54,256 bases of DNA from positions 1-54,256 of IMG/VR virus record IMGVR_UViG_3300033141_001736. One strand, given 5' to 3'. Shown here one piece after another: positions 8,499 to 17,601 of this stretch. The notes below the pieces were generated by a model, which ran no database searches, was not told where the DNA came from, and saw nothing but the letters and a program-made list of their open reading frames with translations. How positions within the stretch are numbered: the stretch's first letter is position 1; the number at the start of each line of letters is the position of its first letter. A program made the position numbers and the translations under genes. The DNA comes from a virus (taxonomy: Duplodnaviria; Caudoviricetes).

Positions 8499-9268
8499 GG
8501 TTCCAGTAACCTCTCCAGTTCGAGTTCGACTGGCCTCACCTTATACGTCGAAAGGAACATCTCGAACCACTCTTTCATGTGCGACCAGCCGTATTGATAA
8601 ACCTTCTGGAGTAGTTGGATACGCATCGCTTCGCGCGAGTTCGCAATCCGGCCCACGTTATGCGCCATACATTGTGGAGCCATGATTTCATCTGGGCAAG
8701 CTGCGAGGATGGCGCGGGCTTCGGGATTGCCGCGCGCTTTGTCCTTGTGGATGATATGGCCGCCTTGGATGGGGCCATCGCATTTGACCTTGAAGCCTCG
8801 GAGTGCGCATCCGGGCGGGTTTAGCATGATGTATCCGGGCGTGTTCGGTGCAGTCACTTTCTCTCCAAGCAGATTTCTCGCATACGCTCGCAGCCCTCCG
8901 GCGGTGATTTCGTGCCCTTTGGCAAGCCTTTCATCGAGCCATGCGTAGAACTTGTCTTCGGGTATCTTCGCCATCAGTTGCCAGCGGCTTGAATCATTGT
9001 AGGAGATTTGAAGGTCATTAAGGGTCACTTTCCCATCCTGCGATGGTCTGCCGGGCTTGATGTTCTCTTGCAGCCATAGCCCTGCCTTCCTCTCCGCCTT
9101 CAATTGAAAAACCTTGGCCTTCTGGGCTAGTTCTCCCAACTGTTCAGCCGCTGCGATGACCTCAATGGCTTTTGCCTTGGAGCGCAGTTCGAGTATGTCG
9201 AGGATGTCGCTTGCTTCGGCCAAGGCTTGCTCGGCCTTTGATAATCTTACGATAGGGTCCTTGGTCAT
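8495..9268 (-). CDS. helical N-terminal domain fused to HNH/NinG-like C-terminal domain
   Basis: KAERKAG.WL and SSRWQ.MA N-terminal motifs; C-terminal C...GHI...QC..HN. Confidence 0.55.
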   Translation of the reverse strand: MTKDPIVRLSKAEQALAEASDILDILELRSKAKAIEVIAAAEQLGELAQKAKVFQLKAERKAGLWLQENIKPGRPSQDGKVTLNDLQISYNDSSRWQLMAKIPEDKFYAWLDERLAKGHEITAGGLRAYARNLLGEKVTAPNTPGYIMLNPPGCALRGFKVKCDGPIQGGHIIHKDKARGNPEARAILAACPDEIMAPQCMAHNVGRIANSREAMRIQLLQKVYQYGWSHMKEWFEMFLSTYKVRPVELELERLLEP

Positions 9269-9765
9269 CGTCTGTGCCTACTTGTGATGAGCCGTTGGGC
9301 GTCTTCGAGCGCCACACGGACTTCTTCATCGACTATCACGCCGAGGTCCTCCATGGCCCCTGTCAGTTGGCGGACATCGCGGATGCGAACCCTGCCTGCG
9401 AAGCCGTTGCTGATTTCGGGCCAGTTGCCCCCGGCTTCCATAGCCTTGACCAATTCGTGCACGCGGTCCATGAGCGAACTGGTCAGGTTGATGAGCCGAG
9501 TGACGTAGGTTGCGCTATCGGATGGCGAACACAGGAAGAAGCCTTTGCCTATCTCGAAGCCCACCGTATGGCCGATGCGGAACATATGCTGCACGCAAGT
9601 AATCCATGAGTTTTCGTCGATGTCGTACAGATGCCCGAAAGCCTCGACCCAATCGGCTCGCGTGCAATAGGCCCGCGTATGTGCATCGTAGTCGTGCTTG
9701 TAGCCTTCCTTATTCATCCATCGCGCGGTTTCCCGTGCAAGGTTGCTCCAATCCTCAGATTTCAT
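9265..9765 (-). CDS. hypothetical protein
   Basis: GGAGGAG RBS; coupled downstream of ParB. Confidence 0.65.
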   Translation of the reverse strand: MKSEDWSNLARETARWMNKEGYKHDYDAHTRAYCTRADWVEAFGHLYDIDENSWITCVQHMFRIGHTVGFEIGKGFFLCSPSDSATYVTRLINLTSSLMDRVHELVKAMEAGGNWPEISNGFAGRVRIRDVRQLTGAMEDLGVIVDEEVRVALEDAQRLITSRHRR

Positions 9766-9766
9766 G

Positions 9767-10702
9767 TCACTCCTCCAGCAGTTTGATAATCCGGTCAATC
9801 TTGTCGCGGACGGGCCGGAGCCTATCCGCCACGAACGGCTTGGCCTCCGGCGATAGGAGGTCTTCTTCTATGGCCTTTTGAAAATCATCAAGCCACCAAT
9901 TCATCTGTTTCAGATAGCGGAGGAAGTCCGCCACGGGCTTCTCCCAAATCTTCTGCTTGGGCTTGCGTTCCTCTAGCAAGGGGTCAATGCCGCCTCGCTT
10001 TTGGGCGACCTCTTCAATCCTCTCTGGGTCATGCACGAACTCGGAATACGGAGTTTCGATTAGCCTTTCTTTCAGTTTATCGGTGGGGGCTGCGGCGACG
10101 GCCTTGGCGACCTTCCTGGTCTGGGCGACGCTCAACCCTTCATCTACGGCTTTGCGGGCCACTTTAATATTAAAGTCGTCCCCTGCCGCTGCCGCTTCCT
10201 CGACATGATAGCGGCTGATTTCTCCGCTCTTGGAGGCACCCCGGCGGCCTGCGCCCATGTCCGTGACCTTTTCCACCAAGTCGTCGGGGAGGTCGAGCAG
10301 TTTCAGGGTCGCGTCGATGCGCCGGTCGCTCACGCCAAACCTTTTGGAAATCTTAGCCCATGACCAGCCGAACTCATCAATCAGCGATTTGTAGGCGCGG
10401 GCCTCATCAAGAGGCTCCAGGTCATTGCGAGTGACATTCTCTGCAAGGCCCTGCTCCATAACCTGCTCGTCGGTGAGGTCTTCGACGACGGCTTCGATGG
10501 TTATCCATTTCAATCTGCGGGCCGCTTCCACGCGACGATGACCGTAGACAAGCTCATAGCCTTCTTCTACGGGTCTTACTTTGACGGGCACGGCAAGCCC
10601 TATCCTTAGCATACTTGCCATCAGTTCTTGCAGCGGTTCGCCGTTCATCTCAGAGCGAACCTGAAAGGGACTGGGACGGATGTCCTTGACTTTGATGCGC
10701 AT
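9767..10702 (-). CDS. parB: ParB/RepB/Spo0J family protein
   Basis: PSPFQVR, YELVYGHRRVEA, LAENVTRNDL.PLDEA, followed by HTH. Confidence 0.9.
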   Translation of the reverse strand: MRIKVKDIRPSPFQVRSEMNGEPLQELMASMLRIGLAVPVKVRPVEEGYELVYGHRRVEAARRLKWITIEAVVEDLTDEQVMEQGLAENVTRNDLEPLDEARAYKSLIDEFGWSWAKISKRFGVSDRRIDATLKLLDLPDDLVEKVTDMGAGRRGASKSGEISRYHVEEAAAAGDDFNIKVARKAVDEGLSVAQTRKVAKAVAAAPTDKLKERLIETPYSEFVHDPERIEEVAQKRGGIDPLLEERKPKQKIWEKPVADFLRYLKQMNWWLDDFQKAIEEDLLSPEAKPFVADRLRPVRDKIDRIIKLLEE

Positions 10703-10704
10703 AT

Positions 10705-11247
10705 CTATCTCCTTCCGTAACGGCTGCTACGTTTGCGCGCACCCCATTCGCAGCGGCATTCGCTGTAATGGAGGCCGCAGGTCGGACAGTAATCGGTGTG
10801 TTCCTTTCTCCATCTCGGGACCAGAAAAGCCAAAGAGCGCAGGTCCTTTACATACAGATGCGGGCTCTCGTGTTTGATAATCTCGTGCGCCCAACGAACG
10901 AATTTGTCGCCTTGGGCTTCTCCCACTTCGCGCAAGATGACACGAGCGGAAGCATACAGGCTTGATTTGCTTCCCCTGGGGATGCACTCGGGCCAGCATT
11001 CTGCGAATGCCGTAAGCAAAGGTTTCAAAGGCTCCTCGCATCTCCACTGTTTTGATGTCTCGGGTTTGAGTGAAGCGAGCAGCACTTCTTCCTTACTCAA
11101 CGGCTTCCTTTTTGAAAATGTCTCTCTTACTTTGCGTTTCCTAATGGCGGCTTCGGGGAATGCTGCGTCGATGTCCTTGACCTCGCCGCTGCCCAGGCAC
11201 AATTCGCAATCAGGGTCGCCGTCGCACCATGGACAAGGAACTAGCAT
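10705..11247 (-). CDS. hypothetical protein with Zn-finger-like termini
   Basis: CPWCDG..DCELCLGSG; YCPTC. Confidence 0.6.
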   Translation of the reverse strand: MLVPCPWCDGDPDCELCLGSGEVKDIDAAFPEAAIRKRKVRETFSKRKPLSKEEVLLASLKPETSKQWRCEEPLKPLLTAFAECWPECIPRGSKSSLYASARVILREVGEAQGDKFVRWAHEIIKHESPHLYVKDLRSLAFLVPRWRKEHTDYCPTCGLHYSECRCEWGARKRSSRYGRR

Positions 11248-11250
11248 GGC

Positions 11251-11445
11251 CTAGCTCCAAAACTCGGTATTGATGCGTATGTCGGGCCACCTCTGGTGGA
11301 GTCTTCGCAAGCGTTCCTCATTCTCCAAAAGCCATAAGGTGTACTGGAGGTTTTGATGGCCTGCTCCCCCTCTGAACCTAGCTACTGTCTTCGGCCTTTT
11401 CCCCGGCCTCTCCAGCGTGACGATAAGGGTCGATGACGTGCCCAT
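11251..11445 (-). CDS. small hypothetical protein
   Basis: AAGGAG RBS. Confidence 0.55.
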   Translation of the reverse strand: MGTSSTLIVTLERPGKRPKTVARFRGGAGHQNLQYTLWLLENEERLRRLHQRWPDIRINTEFWS

Positions 11446-11580
11446 TGAACTCTCCTTGTGCTATCAGGAGCGTATGTTTTTCGCAGAGCCATTTGCGCCA
11501 ACCGCTTTCTAGAATGACCTCGAACTGTGCCATCCTTGGGCAGCCGGGGTCCTGGCAGTTCAGCACCAGCCTTTTGATAA

Positions 11581-11829
11581 TCACCTATCTCTCAGCCTTT
11601 CTTCCCAGTAATCCTGCGATAGCCTTCCGCGTGGAGGCCCGCCGATTGCCAGAGGATGCTTTCGTGGCCGGTAGCACGCATGATGGATATATCGGGTTCC
11701 CCAACGCGTATGGATAGGAACTATGCGGTCGCTTATTTGATAATCTCCACCGCATACACAGCACTTGCCCTCGTACTTTGAGCGAAAACCCCTGGCTCTT
11801 ATCGTCATCCTTCTCTCTGTTTCTCCCAT
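11581..11829 (-). CDS. small hypothetical protein
   Basis: AGGAGGAGG RBS; SKYEGKCCVCG...H.AC. Confidence 0.55.
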   Translation of the reverse strand: MGETERRMTIRARGFRSKYEGKCCVCGGDYQISDRIVPIHTRWGTRYIHHACYRPRKHPLAIGGPPRGRLSQDYWEERLRDR

Positions 11830-12315
11830 GTTTGTCCTCCTCCTTCGCTCTTGGCTTTCCTTGCTCTTTTTTGGTCCTATCCTTTTTGCCCCATCCTTTT
11901 TTTGAGGTTTCCTTCTGGTTCTTGTGGTGTCACAGTACGCCCATCAACTGGGCGTGAAAGTGAAGAGAGAGGCTGTCACTTTGTACCTATCGGGGGGGAG
12001 AATTACACACCCGCCTCCCCAGGCCCGTTATCCCGATAGCTTTACGGGCGCGCGATGTAGTCGGTGATGGAAGTTGCGGGTTTCGGCGCTCATCCCTATT
12101 GCCACAAGAGCCTACGTGGGCCAAGCGGAGTTTCGAGCCCTGGGTTTATTGCGTGGCTATGCTGCTCGCCCCTATCCCTGCTGTTATACCCGACCCAAAA
12201 GCACAAGACCCGTGGCATGTGCCGCGGGTCGGCTTCATAACGCTGCTATTGCACTCGGGGTCTCCGGGGGTCGCCATTGTTTCATCTTGACAATAACTGT
12301 CCTATTTATGGCTCA

Positions 12316-12344
12316 ATTATAATATGAGTTACTCCTTTTCACAA
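12316..12344 (-). promoter_or_regulatory. sigma70-like leftward promoter
   Basis: TTGTGA-N17-TATAAT on the minus strand. Confidence 0.6.
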
Positions 12345-12364
12345 GCGAAACGATATGCTATAAT
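12336..12364 (+). promoter_or_regulatory. sigma70-like rightward promoter with extended -10
   Basis: TTTTCA-N17-TATAAT with TGn before the -10; no convincing plus-strand gene follows. Confidence 0.5.
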
Positions 12365-12478
12365 TCAGATGTCCTCTCCTTTCTCTTTGGTGGCTGACCG
12401 GAGCGAAAGGAAGAAGAGAGCCTCCCTTGCTGTCCGATAACTCGGGGTTCGCGGGGTTCGGGAGGCTCCCTTCATTTC

Positions 12479-13549
12479 TCAGTCCGCTATGTAGATGTCT
12501 CCAACTCCTTGCTCAACCAGCCGACCGGCCAGGATTTCAAGGGTTGCCGTCTGGTCGGGCCTATCGAGGTTTCTCGCAGCAAAAGAAGCGTCGTTCACAA
12601 AATCGTACAGGGTGTACTTTTCTCGCTCTGCCGCATGAACATTCACCATCTGCTGCCATGCCTCTTTCGATGAGACGAGCAGCCCATACTTGGAGGCCCA
12701 TGTCTCAACTAGGTCGCCCAGACGCTGCTTCTTCAAGCTGACCGTTTGGGTCTCGATGAACTTCTGCGCCGCCTCTTCGGACAAGCGGAAGGCATTGACA
12801 ATCGCCTCAGAAACCTTCAGGGCCATCTCCGCCTCCGAGTACCACCTGTGGATGACGCGGAAGTGTTCTGAGTTTTTCCATCCGAAGATTACGCCATTGT
12901 CGCAATAGGACCGATAGGTACCGGGGCCGATGCTTACACCCATAGTGCCTATCTCGCTGTTTCCGATATACACCGCGGGGTGCAGCCCCCCGTTTCCTCC
13001 GCCATCGGCAGAGCCGGGGTCGGGCCGATGCCTACCGAAGTCAATCTCATCTATCACGAGGTAGGCGCGCATCTCATCCCCCCATTGGCGGACGAGGACA
13101 TTGGGCTTGATGCCGCTTGTCTCTACTGCGTCGCGGAGAGCGCGAGCGAACTGGTCGTGGTTGTATGGCCGATACTCCGATGACAGGACGGCGCGGGTTG
13201 CCAGGGTATCCCCTTTATCGCGCATCCTAATCATCCATTCGGCATGGGTGTTCCGCAGCTTCCAATCCGCCACCATCTGCCGCAGAGGGTTGGGGCATCT
13301 CTCGTCGTCAAAGAGCCAGTCTCCAGGAACCGCGAGGCGGCCAGCGAATTGCAACTGTGCGTGCCGCGTCATGAGCGTTTCCGTTTTGGGCCCTGCGGCA
13401 TTGAAGAGGGCCTCGGCGTTGCCCTTGATGGGCACATGCAGGGCTGCGGGGGATTGAAAATCTACTTCCTCCAGGCTCGCAACTGCGTCGAAGTTATCCT
13501 TCGCCCACTCTGCTGCCTGCTCTACGAACTGGTCCATTGTGAGTTTCAT
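12479..13549 (-). CDS. DUF932 family protein
   Basis: RAVLS..Y, IGNSE.G, YR..C.NG motifs; GAAAGGAGAGGAC RBS. Confidence 0.8.
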   Translation of the reverse strand: MKLTMDQFVEQAAEWAKDNFDAVASLEEVDFQSPAALHVPIKGNAEALFNAAGPKTETLMTRHAQLQFAGRLAVPGDWLFDDERCPNPLRQMVADWKLRNTHAEWMIRMRDKGDTLATRAVLSSEYRPYNHDQFARALRDAVETSGIKPNVLVRQWGDEMRAYLVIDEIDFGRHRPDPGSADGGGNGGLHPAVYIGNSEIGTMGVSIGPGTYRSYCDNGVIFGWKNSEHFRVIHRWYSEAEMALKVSEAIVNAFRLSEEAAQKFIETQTVSLKKQRLGDLVETWASKYGLLVSSKEAWQQMVNVHAAEREKYTLYDFVNDASFAARNLDRPDQTATLEILAGRLVEQGVGDIYIAD

Positions 13550-13574
13550 TGGTCCTCTCCTTTCTCTGCGCGAG

Positions 13575-13829
13575 TTATGAATTGACAATCTCCTCAAGGG
13601 CCCGGAAAACTGCCCGAGGAATCTTGTACTTTGGCAGGTTGATTTTCAGGCAGCCTTGTCGAACGTAGTAAGCTGCCATAGGCTCAGAGATGCCCATGAC
13701 ACGGGCTATCTCCCAGGCGGGGTAACCTCGGGAGGCCCATTTCAGGGCCTCCTTCTCTTCAGCCTTCAACCTGCTGTAATCGCGAAACGGGTCCTGGAGC
13801 AATTCTTTTATCCTTTGGACTTTGCCCAT
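13575..13829 (-). CDS. LuxR/sigma-4-like HTH regulator
   Basis: EKEALKW...G....EIA..MGISE. Confidence 0.75.
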   Translation of the reverse strand: MGKVQRIKELLQDPFRDYSRLKAEEKEALKWASRGYPAWEIARVMGISEPMAAYYVRQGCLKINLPKYKIPRAVFRALEEIVNS

Positions 13830-13832
13830 ACA

Positions 13833-14648
13833 CTAGCCTCCTAACGCTTCTGCGGCCTTATCGAGAAACTTTCCATACGCCTCGTTCACGCGCTTGGCGT
13901 ACTCCTCGGGCTTTTCGTCCTTGTACTTTTCTCGGCCGGACACCCATGCCATGACATAGGCAACGCCATCGATGGTATCAAGTTCCCCGAATGGCACGGT
14001 CTCAAAGAAAGCCGAGTGATTGAGAATGTTCACGGCGTGGGGCCTCGATTGGACCAGTTGCAGGTCCAGGATAGCATCAAGGACCTCCGGCTCCCATTGA
14101 TTGACCACTCTCTGAGCGGCCTTTCCCGTTTTCTTCTTCGGCTTCTTCTTGGGCGGAGGCTCCATGCCTCGCTCCTCTGCGACCCTGGTCACTACGGCCT
14201 CGAAGTCTTCCGATGATTGATAATCCGGGTCGTCGCCGGTTTCAATCATCAAGGTCTGCCGCCAATTGTACTTGGCCGCGATGGTCATGGCCTTGTTTGC
14301 GGCTTTGTCGCCGTAGTCCGTTCCTTCGCCCAAGGTCTGCGTTTGCAACTTCGTTTGGGAAGGCGTATGCATCCACTCCCAGGTGAAGCGGCAAAGCACC
14401 CTCTGCGCAACCGAACCGCGTTTCGTCTCGTACCTGCTGACCTCAATCTCTTCGATTGCGACGGGATAGCAGATAATCCCGAGGTCAATCATGTGAGGCC
14501 GAACGGCACGGATGAAGGCCGGTTCGCTGGCAAAGGTGTAGGGCAAGTCTCCGCTCTCTTCTTTCTGAACGTAGCCGACCCTTGCCCAAAGGAAGTTCAA
14601 GGCTTCATAGATGTTCTGCGGTTCGGGGACTTCTTTTGTTTCTGGCAT
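13833..14648 (-). CDS. erf: ERF-family single-strand annealing protein
   Basis: GEG.D.GDKA.NKAMT.A.KY.....IETGDDPD. Confidence 0.85.
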   Translation of the reverse strand: MPETKEVPEPQNIYEALNFLWARVGYVQKEESGDLPYTFASEPAFIRAVRPHMIDLGIICYPVAIEEIEVSRYETKRGSVAQRVLCRFTWEWMHTPSQTKLQTQTLGEGTDYGDKAANKAMTIAAKYNWRQTLMIETGDDPDYQSSEDFEAVVTRVAEERGMEPPPKKKPKKKTGKAAQRVVNQWEPEVLDAILDLQLVQSRPHAVNILNHSAFFETVPFGELDTIDGVAYVMAWVSGREKYKDEKPEEYAKRVNEAYGKFLDKAAEALGG

Positions 14649-14707
14649 TCCTTCCTCCTATTGATAATGTCTTCGGTTTGCAGGTATTGGCATTGCCCTC
14701 CTTTCAT

Positions 14708-14932
14708 CTAATAGACAGTGAAGTACTTCATCACGGTTTGCAACAGATGGTCGTAATCGCCCTCCGTCGCCTCTTTGGTAAACTCCTCGGAAATGGTAGC
14801 GGCCATACTCTTTGGAAGAACGCCCTTGCGAGCGGCGTTTCTTATCGCGCGTCGGCATCTGCCGATGATGCCAAAGGCATTGCCATCCTCTCCTAAGAGC
14901 TTTACTTCGACATCCGGATACAGCGGTTCCAT
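14708..14932 (-). CDS. conserved phage hypothetical protein
   Basis: L.GEDGNAF.IIG...A..GDYDHLL motif. Confidence 0.75.
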   Translation of the reverse strand: MEPLYPDVEVKLLGEDGNAFGIIGRCRRAIRNAARKGVLPKSMAATISEEFTKEATEGDYDHLLQTVMKYFTVY

Positions 14933-14946
14933 TGTGTCCTCTCCTT

Positions 14947-15255
14947 TCAGTCAATGAACGTTCCGCAGGATTGACAATAGGCTTCGATGCCCGTGGCGGT
15001 GACGCGCACTTCTATGGGTTCCAGGTCGTCACACATGGGGCAGAAGTCCATCGCGTATGTTGGGTTCTGCTCGGCCGCCGTTTGGAGCAAGCGCAGGAAC
15101 TCATGCCTTATATCAGAGGCATGAATGGGATGCTCTTGGTATGCCAGCCTCCAAAGAAGCTTCAAAGCAGCCTGAGTACTCTCGGCTTCTTGATAATTGT
15201 CTTTCGGTTTGCGCTTGGCAAGCATATTTAGGTGTGCGTTGGTTTCTCGTATCAT
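14947..15255 (-). CDS. hypothetical protein with Zn ribbon
   Basis: CPMC...CQSC; AAGGAGAGG RBS. Confidence 0.6.
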   Translation of the reverse strand: MIRETNAHLNMLAKRKPKDNYQEAESTQAALKLLWRLAYQEHPIHASDIRHEFLRLLQTAAEQNPTYAMDFCPMCDDLEPIEVRVTATGIEAYCQSCGTFID

Positions 15256-15267
15256 TCACCCTCTCCT

Positions 15268-15486
15268 TCATTGCTGCTGGCTGAAACGGATGACGAATTC
15301 AGCAACGGGTGGCGCGTCCCAATCGCCGATGCTGACAACCTTGCCGCAAACACCACAATGGCGGTGCCGTTCTTGGATGCCGCAGGGACAGTCCGGCTCA
15401 GCTTTTATCCACGGCTTTTCTGTATGCGTTAGGTCTGGCATGTGGTCTGCCCATTCGGGTGATAGCGGCGGCAAATCGTCATTCAT
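15268..15486 (-). CDS. small Cys/His protein
   Basis: CPC...H.HC..C; RBS. Confidence 0.6.
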   Translation of the reverse strand: MNDDLPPLSPEWADHMPDLTHTEKPWIKAEPDCPCGIQERHRHCGVCGKVVSIGDWDAPPVAEFVIRFSQQQ

Positions 15487-15658
15487 CCGTCTCCTCCTTC
15501 TGGTAGCAAACCTCTGTGGCCTCTTTGATATACATGCGCACGCCCTTGAACTCCATGTATTTGCCGGGCTTCTCGGCGTGGATGTAGATATAGATGCGCG
15601 GCTTCTCGCTGAACAGCATTCGGCGAAGATAGGGTTTGGAGCAGACAGGGCATGTCAT
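15479..15658 (-). CDS. 59-aa hypothetical protein (below ORF-track cutoff)
   Basis: Hand-translated MTCPVCSKPYLRR...EETDE; AAGGAGAGG RBS. Confidence 0.55.
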   Translation of the reverse strand: MTCPVCSKPYLRRMLFSEKPRIYIYIHAEKPGKYMEFKGVRMYIKEATEVCYQKEETDE

Positions 15659-15671
15659 TGCGCCTCTCCTT

Positions 15672-16190
15672 TTATGGCTTCGCGCAGGTCACTTGATATG
15701 TTTCTTTTGTGACCTTTTTGATTTCGCAGCCAGGCGCAGGCCATGAGGAGCGGAATTTGACGACGACTTTCATGCCATCCCATTCACCGAGGCCCTCGTA
15801 CACGGCCCTGGGCGGCCGAGCGGTCTCCCAATCGCGCTCTGTCCACTCGGGCCTGGGATGTTTGAAAATCATCTTGAAGAAGCGCATCAAACCCGCCAGT
15901 ATTTCTTTGTCTTCTTCCTCTTTCCAGAGGTAGAAAGGCTCCGAGACAAGCTCGATTTGGATGTAGCGCGGATGGTCAGGCGGACTGATGCCATCATCTT
16001 CGCTCCAGCGGACGGAGCAACCAATAACGCGGTCAAAGCTAATCGGTAATTCTTCCGGCAAGGGCTCATGTTCCAGAGCCAATGCCACTCGATGTTTGAT
16101 GGCCCTGATCTGTTTCGCGTAGTTGATCGACGAACGGTACTGCTTTTCAGCATCATCGTATAGTTCTTGTGCATCTTCATTCCAGAACAT
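15672..16190 (-). CDS. hypothetical protein
   Basis: Start MFWNED after GAAAGGAGAGG. Confidence 0.7.
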   Translation of the reverse strand: MFWNEDAQELYDDAEKQYRSSINYAKQIRAIKHRVALALEHEPLPEELPISFDRVIGCSVRWSEDDGISPPDHPRYIQIELVSEPFYLWKEEEDKEILAGLMRFFKMIFKHPRPEWTERDWETARPPRAVYEGLGEWDGMKVVVKFRSSWPAPGCEIKKVTKETYQVTCAKP

Positions 16191-16254
16191 CTTTGCCTCT
16201 CCTTTCTTCTGCGGCGCCACTTTAATATTAAAGTGCGCAATCTATCCCTCAGTC

Positions 16255-16497
16255 TCAATGAGGTTTTGTTCTCCCAGGTTGGGTGTCGAAGAAGGCGGCG
16301 ACATCTTGGAGCATTCGCTTCTCGTTCGCTTTCGAGTAATGGGCCACGCCAATCTTAGAAGATAAGTTGTCTGCCCCGTAGTAGCGGACGAAGAAGTAAG
16401 ACGCGCTCGCCAAGATGCGAACCTTGCCAACCTTGCTCTTGTGGTCTATGGTCAGGATGCCGTTTTTGTCGTAGCGGCGGATGAGGGCGTCGTTCAT
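16255..16497 (-). CDS. hypothetical protein
   Basis: ATGA coupling. Confidence 0.55.
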   Translation of the reverse strand: MNDALIRRYDKNGILTIDHKSKVGKVRILASASYFFVRYYGADNLSSKIGVAHYSKANEKRMLQDVAAFFDTQPGRTKPH

Positions 16498-16676
16498 AGT
16501 TCCGCCTCGTCCAGCACTTTGACTTCAACGCAATCTTGACAATAGGGATGGCTGCCGTTGTCCTCCGGCAGCCAAATCGTGCGGTCATCTGCGGGGTCCA
16601 TGAGCCAACCGCATTTGGTGCAAGCAACGGGTTCAAAGACCCGCAGCCCCTCTCGGATTGCTTCTTGCTTCGTCAT
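16494..16676 (-). CDS. small Zn-ribbon protein
   Basis: CTKC...CQDC; strong RBS motif. Confidence 0.65.
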   Translation of the reverse strand: MTKQEAIREGLRVFEPVACTKCGWLMDPADDRTIWLPEDNGSHPYCQDCVEVKVLDEAEL

Positions 16677-16697
16677 CGTCCTCTCCTTTCTTGATAA

Positions 16698-16937
16698 TCA
16701 GCTTACATCTTCCCAGTCGCCCTTTTCGATGAGGGCGCCGTCATCAGTCCTTCCCAGGAACTTGCGGCGTAGCCGGAAGTCCTCGGGACTGATATGCCAT
16801 TGGGGTTTGGCGGCGATGTATTCTTTCAACATCTGGTCCGCCACCTGCCGGACCCAAGCATCCTCATCGCTTGGGCCGACGGCGTATGCCCTTGGCGCGT
16901 CCTCTTCGAAGTAGGCATACAACACTTGCGTCTCCAT
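16698..16937 (-). CDS. hypothetical protein
   Basis: Start METQVL after GAAAGGAGAGG. Confidence 0.6.
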   Translation of the reverse strand: METQVLYAYFEEDAPRAYAVGPSDEDAWVRQVADQMLKEYIAAKPQWHISPEDFRLRRKFLGRTDDGALIEKGDWEDVS

Positions 16938-17042
16938 GTTCCTCTCCTTTCTACGCAGCGGATTGATAATCGGCAAGCCTACATTCCAGGGCCCTCGGGC
17001 GCGACCCGAAAACCCTGGAACGGGGGCTTGCGCCCCTCGCTC

Positions 17043-17222
17043 TTATATGCTGCCCAACACTAGGAAGGGCGATTTGTGGCCGTGGGGACAGGTGCCATCC
17101 AACTCGACCATGCAACCGTCGGCCACTTCGATGACCCCATCCTCCACAGCATCTTCGAAGTCCGCGAATGAAAATGTCAATGCCCATTCGAGGTCTTCAT
17201 CCTGGGTGATTTCATCGAGCAT
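17043..17222 (-). CDS. 59-aa small phage protein (below ORF-track cutoff)
   Basis: Hand-translated ...DGCMVELDGTCPHGHKSP...; GAAAGGAG RBS. Confidence 0.65.
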   Translation of the reverse strand: MLDEITQDEDLEWALTFSFADFEDAVEDGVIEVADGCMVELDGTCPHGHKSPFLVLGSI

Positions 17223-17238
17223 CTTTGCTCTCCTTTCC

Positions 17239-17601
17239 TTATGCGGGGCCGCCGTGCTTTTCTATCAGGCGGTTCATCTTTTCGGTCGGTACGTATGCGC
17301 AGATGTAAGGGACATTCCGCTCCTTTTCTTTTCCGAAAACAGCCTTTAGGTAATCGAGCAGGCGAGGCGGCCCTTCGGAGTTGACAACATACTTACGAAG
17401 GGCGAACGGTGGCAACCTATAGAAGCCGACCTCGACGCCTCCGTAAGGTCCAAAGTTGCGTCTCGGGGAGCAGTAGTGCATCTCGGATGCCTGTATCGAA
17501 AAGATAGTCCCATCTTTGCAGCGGAAGGGCTTGCAAAGCCGCCCGCATCGCTTGCGCATAGTCCGGGGGTTCACCAGATGTTCGTTCACGTAGTCCTTCA
17601 T
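17239..17601 (-). CDS. phage hypothetical protein
   Basis: C.DG..FSIQAS..HYC.PR...VEVGF motif. Confidence 0.7.
   Translation of the reverse strand: MKDYVNEHLVNPRTMRKRCGRLCKPFRCKDGTIFSIQASEMHYCSPRRNFGPYGGVEVGFYRLPPFALRKYVVNSEGPPRLLDYLKAVFGKEKERNVPYICAYVPTEKMNRLIEKHGGPA

Noticed and set aside
12287-12323. Perfect TTGACA plus TATAAT promoter on the plus strand
   Set aside because: Spacing is 25 bp, too long for sigma70
5064-16970. Recurring ttgataat near several gene starts as an operator
   Set aside because: Short AT-rich word also found inside coding regions; cannot be distinguished from chance without statistics
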